Of a DNA stretch of 64,000 nt, positions 58,396-64,000 are shown in pieces. The number at the start of each line of letters is the position of its first letter. The stretch's first letter is position 1. Below the pieces are notes generated by a model, which searched no databases, was not told the origin of the DNA, and saw only the letters and a list, made by a program, of their open reading frames with translations. A program made the translations under genes and the position numbers. Origin of the DNA: a virus; the IMG/VR virus record IMGVR_UViG_3300020438_003204, positions 3,759 through 67,758 of that record. One strand, given 5' to 3'.

Positions 58396-59313
58396 TTATA
58401 TTTTAATGGTAGTTGCAATGATATCGCCAGTATTCATAGTTTTACTAATTGTAAGTTGATCATCTACTATAGTAAAGTCATAAAAATGCTGTTGAATCTC
58501 TCCATTTATAGTAACTGATAGCTTTTCTACCGGACTCATACTGGCAGTTTGTTCTAATGTAAACGTACTAGTGCCACTATATGTAAAGTTCTTAGTTAAT
58601 AGCGTCTTGTTGTATTCTTTAACAACATCACGCTGTATGCTTTCTGGACTAAAAGGTAAAAAACTACCTGTTTCGGCATAATATGCAAATCTAGCTCTGC
58701 GTAATTGTTCAGGGGATAAGGCATCTCTTTCATTAAATGAACGCATTTGATGTATTCCAGTTGTCCTTGACAAGGTCCTAGATTTAAAAGATCCGTAATC
58801 TGCTAATCTTAAAACTGTAGCAGCTTTAACACAAAGAGTTCGATTTTTAGAGCTACGCATCATCATGCTTGCAATAGTATCATAATCTTTAGCTTTTAAA
58901 ACTGATAACATTTCATAGGTAGCTTCATTTGCTTCAATAGTAAAAACTCTTCCTGTTGCCCAATGATGCAATACTAGTCCATCGTAAACAGATTGTGGTA
59001 ATGCAGGTATAACTGCCGGAGATTCAATACTATTTTGTGTAATTTGTTTCTTCACAATAGTTTGTTGTTTATTAAAAGCTGTAAGCCATCTGTCGTATGA
59101 TTGTTGTTCAGTTAACCCTTGACTAAAATTACCTTCTCCGTATGCAGTTTGGTCAAAACCACTATACCCGCTGAAGAAATGTAGTGCTAAAGATATAGCA
59201 TTATCACTTGCTGTTAATTTAGTTACATCAATTTCGGTTGTATAAGCTGTTGTATCTTTTACAATATAATCGGTCCATACTGTTTGAAATTTTCTATCTA
59301 CAGTAGTTGTCAT
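58396..59313 (-). CDS. Baseplate-associated protein with a degenerate phage-lysozyme-like domain
   Basis: Lies between gp5 and gp25. AYGEG..GLTEQQS and LPQSVYDGLV...ATG resemble GH24 IGYG..IT..EA and LTQ.QFDALVS...N.G. Confidence 0.5.
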   Translation of the reverse strand: MTTTVDRKFQTVWTDYIVKDTTAYTTEIDVTKLTASDNAISLALHFFSGYSGFDQTAYGEGNFSQGLTEQQSYDRWLTAFNKQQTIVKKQITQNSIESPAVIPALPQSVYDGLVLHHWATGRVFTIEANEATYEMLSVLKAKDYDTIASMMMRSSKNRTLCVKAATVLRLADYGSFKSRTLSRTTGIHQMRSFNERDALSPEQLRRARFAYYAETGSFLPFSPESIQRDVVKEYNKTLLTKNFTYSGTSTFTLEQTASMSPVEKLSVTINGEIQQHFYDFTIVDDQLTISKTMNTGDIIATTIKI

Positions 59314-60881
59314 CTAGGACCACCTCTTCTAAATGTTTGTTTTGCTGACGACCCTGTGTATCCTTTTGAAACTGCATATGCTCTTTCTCCGTCGGTAAGC
59401 TCAACTTGAGCAGCTCCTCCACCAATTGATTCATTAAAGCCACGTAACGATTCAACTCGATCTATATCATCTTGGGTAAATGCCCTTGGGTTTTTAATAA
59501 TTTTTGGCTCAAAATAATTGGCAATAGCTTCGTCTCCTTCTAACGTTGTTGAGAAACCATCAGACTCTGATACAGTCCTAGGCGGTTGGGTTGAAGTATT
59601 TCTAATCTGACTGATATCAATATCTATAGCTAATAGATCAATGTTTGGACTAGCAACGCAAGGTAAAATTTCTTGCTCTTCGGTATGCCCGCCCCAAGGT
59701 TCGTGTTCTGGAACTCGATCAGCAATACTTTGTTTAATGTCTCGGTTAGTAGTTATATTGTTATCTTCAATTTTTGTTGACTCTGTAGCTTCAGGACCAT
59801 TCATATCAATCATCTTGGCTGTAGTTCTCATATTACCTTTACATTTGATATGTCCGTTGAGATCTGTAGTTAATTTAATATCTTTGTTTGCATGTAAATT
59901 AAATTCACCTTTAAGGTTTTCTATAGTTGTACCACCATCACCTCTAGCTTTCATATTAATCGTATCTGCATCTAAGTTAAAATCTCCTTCAACATGCAAG
60001 TTAAAATTTGTTTTGGTATGCATACTAATATCATTGTCTGTATAGATATCTAAGTTTCCGTTACCGTTAAGTTGTATCCAACAACTACCTCTATGATTTG
60101 AAAGATAAACTATCTCTGCTCCATCATGCATCAAAAGTTGTGCGCCTTTTCCACTTCTCATTCTTGTTAAGTTACTCAGTCCTTGTTTTCTATTTTTATC
60201 AGGAGTTAGGCACTCGTCAGTATTTGCTCGTGTGCCGTCATCCATAATAAATTGATGCCCGCCTGGTGTATTAAATCCAAAAACATTAGTTGGACTTTCT
60301 CTTCGTTGACTGCTACTACTCAAACCTCTAATTGTATCTAATGGTATACCTTGTTCGTTAACATAACGTTGCTCAGGATTTTCAGGTCTTTCATTTTTGC
60401 CTGGATCTTTGAGAGGACTTGGGTCAAAACAATGTGCAGGTACATCATCTTCGCCTTCTACAAATCCAGCTGGATTTGACGGAATAGATGAATTACGAGT
60501 AGTATCAGGAAGAACTCCAATTAATATACCTACATCACTATTGTGTACAAATGCTATTAATACTTCTGTACCTGGAGCAGGCGGATGACTGCTCATACCG
60601 TATGATCTAGTATGACCGGAGGATTGGTAATGTCCTCCGTACGGGCTTGCTCTTCTAACACGAACATATCGTTTTCGGTCTTCGGCGCTAGTACTATAAT
60701 CACCTAAATATTCATGTCCTATAATCTCAACATAAAGAAATCCTTCATATCTATCATCAACAATATCCATTACTTTAGCAAGAAATAATCCTGTTTGTTT
60801 GTGTATGCCACCTACGTTAGTTGATTTATCGTACATTTTAGGTACGCCGCCGCTTGTCTTATTTTTACCCATGTATCTCAT
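59310..60881 (-). CDS. Baseplate central spike (gp5/VgrG-like)
   Basis: N-terminal OB-fold-like A.V....D....G.L.V, SYGM...PP..GT.VL..F; TPGGH.F.MDDG; beta-helix repeats; RVPEHEPW.GH tip motif. Confidence 0.8.
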   Translation of the reverse strand: MRYMGKNKTSGGVPKMYDKSTNVGGIHKQTGLFLAKVMDIVDDRYEGFLYVEIIGHEYLGDYSTSAEDRKRYVRVRRASPYGGHYQSSGHTRSYGMSSHPPAPGTEVLIAFVHNSDVGILIGVLPDTTRNSSIPSNPAGFVEGEDDVPAHCFDPSPLKDPGKNERPENPEQRYVNEQGIPLDTIRGLSSSSQRRESPTNVFGFNTPGGHQFIMDDGTRANTDECLTPDKNRKQGLSNLTRMRSGKGAQLLMHDGAEIVYLSNHRGSCWIQLNGNGNLDIYTDNDISMHTKTNFNLHVEGDFNLDADTINMKARGDGGTTIENLKGEFNLHANKDIKLTTDLNGHIKCKGNMRTTAKMIDMNGPEATESTKIEDNNITTNRDIKQSIADRVPEHEPWGGHTEEQEILPCVASPNIDLLAIDIDISQIRNTSTQPPRTVSESDGFSTTLEGDEAIANYFEPKIIKNPRAFTQDDIDRVESLRGFNESIGGGAAQVELTDGERAYAVSKGYTGSSAKQTFRRGGPR

Positions 60882-60885
60882 ATTG

Positions 60886-63630
60886 TTATCCTGTCATAAT
60901 TGTTTTAAGCCACTGTGGTGCATTATCTCGTCTGATGCGTCCTTGATCATCCGGAAGTCCTCCCCAATAACTAGATCCGCCGTCAGCTTGTCCGTATTGT
61001 GCTGCATTATCAACATGTATCTTATTATTTCCCATGTATCCATTTCCAGCACCAATACCAGTTGCTCCTGCTTTCTTTGCTTCTATAATAAAATTTTGTA
61101 TTAGTGGAACATCAGCTGGATTATCTAAACTTAGTACTCTGCCATCTGCTCCGCTTAGTTCGATATCAGCTGCATGACCGTTATCGTGTCTGGTAGTTCC
61201 TACTCTATTAGTACTTGTGCCTTTAGCTGGCTGTCCGCCACTTGTAACTTTAACATTAAGTCCACTTTCTTGTCCAGCTGTTGTTAGTATTTGCTTTAAG
61301 TCACTTGCAATAAGTTGTTTTCTAACACCAGCTACGGTTGGTTGAGCTTCTGTCACAGTCCCATTTCCAGTTCCATCTGTTACTGTTCCTAGGTCATCTC
61401 CTGGCTCCGGAGCACCTGGAATAAATCCTCTATCACCTGGTCTATCTCTTTGTTCTTTGTAAGGCTCTTCTTGTCTAACTGGGTTTGTATCAATTCGACC
61501 AGTTGAAATTTCTTCCCAAAGTAGTCCAATATTAGAATTAGTATCTCTAAATGCTTCTATAGTCATATCAAATCGACCGTCTCTATAATTAGCTACAACT
61601 CTATAAACACGATACAGTCCAATTATTCCAAAGTTAGCTTCCGGAATGTTCATTAATCCAGTTTCGTGACTTGGATAAGTTGGAAAGTTCATATTTAAGA
61701 AATACATACAACCGCCCATTGTATAGTTAGCACCTGATTTACCAGTTACATCATTAACTTCGTTCAGTACAGTATGAGCTGATTTAGGTTTACCTAACCA
61801 ATACGGATCTCCTCTAATCTGTATTTGTTGTTGTACTAGATCGGCCATCGTGTTTAAGTTTAGTTCAACGGCACCTAAAAGTACTGCTCCGGCAGTATCG
61901 CCAACATCAGGACCTGCGTTAGCTTTACTGCTGATCGGTAATGGAAGATAACTGACAGGCAACTCTTGATCTTTTTCATTTTGTATATTTTGTCCTACTA
62001 GTTCACTTTGTGTTATGTATCTTTTCTTAACAGGTTGTATTTTCCTTAAAGTTTCTTTATCTTTTAAGTCTTGAACTACTTTTAGAGATTTTTTAAATGC
62101 TTCACTTAATTCTTCTTGGTTACGCTTATTTTCTTCTTCAAGTGCTTGAGCATTTTGTTCAGCTTCTCGAGCGGCTATTTCTGCTCCTTCAGTGCTGCCG
62201 AATTCTGCAGTAGCACGACCAGGACTTTGTCCTGATCGATTTTCTCTAATTTCTACTGCTCGCTGTTTAAGTTTCTCAATTTTAACTTTATTAGCATCAA
62301 TTTTTTTCTTTATAGTTTCATATTCAGTTTGTGTAACATTGATTTCGTCGTTTGATCCGCTTGCGCCGCCGATAGCTTTTGCTCTTGCACTTAATCGACC
62401 GCTGTTTATTGCTTGTAACTGATAGTATGTATTGTTTAATGTTACGTCTAATCCTAGTACTTCTGTATTCAATCCAGTATATGTATAATCAAACCGCTTT
62501 CTTAATAATCCGTTGTCAAGAATTTTTTTAAGTCTTTCTTTCTGCACACTCGCATCTGATAGCATTGATTGGTAACTAATAGCATCATGATTTAGTTCAG
62601 GAACTACAAATTTATGAAGATCATAGTGTATCGTTTTGGAATATCGTTTTGCTGTTTTATCATATAACCCAAACAGTACTTCATTATCAAATATAAACCA
62701 TTGACTAAGATCCTTAAAAGTTTTTGGCTTTGCTTCTGCATCATCTGGATGATCTTTATGAAAACCACCTTCAGCTGTGGGAAGTTTTCTAAAATAATCA
62801 GTTTGTAATAGTGCTACAACCATCGCATCACTAACACTAGTACCTGGTTTAATGTTAAATGTAAGTGTGCCATCTCCTTTAACACTAACACTACTTAAAG
62901 AAGTATCGCCTCCGGCACCAGTTGCTCCGAACGGAAGATCTAACCAAGCTGTTTCTTTACATCCTAGTTTATAGTCGTCAAATATATCTTTACTAGGACT
63001 TGCAAAAGTAGATCTTTGTTCTTGTTCGTTTACTTCTTTTTCTAAAGCAGTTAAAAATTCTCCAAACGTGCTGGCTGTTAGATTAGGTATTTCTTGTTTA
63101 ATATGTAGTGTTTGTGTTTCGTATGCTCGTTGATGTGTTTCGAGCATATCAGCCGTATATGTTGTTGATCCGTCAGCATAGCTAAAACTTAAATTTATCA
63201 TATGCGTCATGTAGTAAAATGGACCAACATCACATACTAATGGTTGACCGTTTTCGTCATATCCTAAAAACTTTAGTTCTAGTAGATAACATGCCATTAA
63301 ATGATTTTCGATTTCTAAATCTCTTGCTGCCTTAATAATCCTAGTAAACAATGTTGCGCCACCTGGTTCAGATAACTGTATGCCAAACATGTTTGCAAAA
63401 CTACTTCTATCTTGATTTTGCTTAAACGCAAGATTCATTATCTGTTCAACACCTTCAATGTTAATTTCCGACTCTACACCACTATGAGCGATAGTTTTAA
63501 CATTATTTTCAGTTATGTTTTTCTCAAACTTGCGAGCATTCGCAGGATGAACCATGTGAATTGCCCAGTTATAAGTGTAGTTGTCATACTGGTTAAGAAC
63601 ATTGTCTTGATAGATATTTTGTTTAGCCAT
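60886..63630 (-). CDS. Baseplate hub protein with a C-terminal M15/LAS-type Zn peptidase-like domain
   Basis: N.L..Y..YTY, I.EP.G, YLLELKF.G, YTYTG.NTEVL, I.GDPYWL, GLY.V..V hub motifs; C-terminal VTSG, RHDNGHAAD (HxxxxxxD), IHVD. Confidence 0.75.
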   Translation of the reverse strand: MAKQNIYQDNVLNQYDNYTYNWAIHMVHPANARKFEKNITENNVKTIAHSGVESEINIEGVEQIMNLAFKQNQDRSSFANMFGIQLSEPGGATLFTRIIKAARDLEIENHLMACYLLELKFLGYDENGQPLVCDVGPFYYMTHMINLSFSYADGSTTYTADMLETHQRAYETQTLHIKQEIPNLTASTFGEFLTALEKEVNEQEQRSTFASPSKDIFDDYKLGCKETAWLDLPFGATGAGGDTSLSSVSVKGDGTLTFNIKPGTSVSDAMVVALLQTDYFRKLPTAEGGFHKDHPDDAEAKPKTFKDLSQWFIFDNEVLFGLYDKTAKRYSKTIHYDLHKFVVPELNHDAISYQSMLSDASVQKERLKKILDNGLLRKRFDYTYTGLNTEVLGLDVTLNNTYYQLQAINSGRLSARAKAIGGASGSNDEINVTQTEYETIKKKIDANKVKIEKLKQRAVEIRENRSGQSPGRATAEFGSTEGAEIAAREAEQNAQALEEENKRNQEELSEAFKKSLKVVQDLKDKETLRKIQPVKKRYITQSELVGQNIQNEKDQELPVSYLPLPISSKANAGPDVGDTAGAVLLGAVELNLNTMADLVQQQIQIRGDPYWLGKPKSAHTVLNEVNDVTGKSGANYTMGGCMYFLNMNFPTYPSHETGLMNIPEANFGIIGLYRVYRVVANYRDGRFDMTIEAFRDTNSNIGLLWEEISTGRIDTNPVRQEEPYKEQRDRPGDRGFIPGAPEPGDDLGTVTDGTGNGTVTEAQPTVAGVRKQLIASDLKQILTTAGQESGLNVKVTSGGQPAKGTSTNRVGTTRHDNGHAADIELSGADGRVLSLDNPADVPLIQNFIIEAKKAGATGIGAGNGYMGNNKIHVDNAAQYGQADGGSSYWGGLPDDQGRIRRDNAPQWLKTIMTG

Positions 63631-63932
63631 TAGCTAGATCCTGTTACTCGATAGGTCTTTGGAACCACTATCTTTGTACCTGCCTTAAAATCAAATATTG
63701 GATCTTTTATTATGTCTCTATTATAGTGTGTGAATACCCACCATAGTCTTGCACTGCCATACAAGTTAAACGCTAGCAAATCAGGACGTCTATCAAATTT
63801 ATTCTGTATGATAATAGTGAGTGTTTCTTCGTCTAGACTATCAGCACTAATTTTAGGATTATATAAGTCCAAGTTTCTTCGATTAAGTCCGGTTGTTGAA
63901 TAGTTACTGGTGTTGCTATAAGATACTGCCAT
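63630..63932 (-). CDS. Baseplate wedge protein (gp53/LysM-like)
   Basis: RPDLLA..LYG...LWWVF...N...IKDP.FDF..G..I..P. Confidence 0.85.
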   Translation of the reverse strand: MAVSYSNTSNYSTTGLNRRNLDLYNPKISADSLDEETLTIIIQNKFDRRPDLLAFNLYGSARLWWVFTHYNRDIIKDPIFDFKAGTKIVVPKTYRVTGSS

Positions 63933-64000
63933 TAGATAAATCCATCCTTATATGCTTGTCCTCCAATAAAACTATTGGTTGTAAATTTTCTTTTTTGTCT
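63932..64000 (-). CDS. 3' end of an upstream tail/baseplate gene (partial)
   Basis: Reads ...RQKRKFTTNSFIGGQAYKDGFI*, with a TAATG overlap onto the gp53-like start. Confidence 0.55.
   Translation of the reverse strand, partial: RQKRKFTTNSFIGGQAYKDGFI

Noticed and set aside
2455-63633. Many 60-150 aa ORFs in the track, mostly on the + strand (e.g. 9205..9645, 22165..22533, 47555..47998, 59641..60045)
   Set aside because: They lie antisense to or inside motif-bearing genes, carry no recognisable motifs and mostly use non-ATG starts; treated as shadow ORFs.
63940-63970. GGQAY shared between the partial ORF end and the Tyr/Gly segment at 40.75 kb
   Set aside because: A five-residue match with no flanking similarity; likely chance.
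1-64000. Stop-codon reassignment (TAG or TGA), as in some jumbo phages
   Set aside because: The standard code gives full-length genes up to 3765 aa, and all three stops occur at sensible gene ends with coupled starts.
1-64000. tRNA, CRISPR array, intron, intein, transposase or DGR
   Set aside because: Intergenic gaps are at most about 60 nt, and I saw no regular DNA repeats, cloverleaf, splicing motifs, reverse transcriptase or transposase motifs by eye. tRNAscan or Infernal would be needed to be certain.

Overview
AT-rich, almost gap-free, mostly minus-strand segment that reads as the late region of a jumbo myovirus. Positions 40.4-64 kb hold T4-like baseplate and tail genes: gp53-like, a hub with a C-terminal Zn-peptidase-like domain, gp5-like spike, a degenerate lysozyme-like protein, gp25, gp6, a 3765-aa wedge protein and fibre-like proteins. 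Directly downstream, mostly on the same strand, a ~40 kb modification island (1-40.3 kb) encodes 13 complete radical SAM enzymes in two tandem arrays, plus the first 8 codons of a probable 14th at the window edge. The island also carries about 8 glycosyltransferase-like proteins and NDP-sugar enzymes (Fcl, DegT aminotransferase, C-methyltransferase, UDP-glucose dehydrogenase, epimerases, Rpe, SIS isomerase, nucleotidyltransferase-kinase, HAD phosphatase). An APS-kinase/nucleotidyltransferase pair, two sulfotransferase-like domains, methyltransferases and a half carbamoyltransferase complete it. A T4-late-like ATAAATA promoter motif recurs in both parts, four times exactly 5 nt before an ATG and twice as an identical bidirectional palindrome. 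My best hypothesis (inference) is a phage-encoded virion glycosylation and radical-SAM hypermodification system. All calls come from reading motifs by eye; no database searches were run. No tRNA, rRNA, CRISPR array or mobile element was seen.
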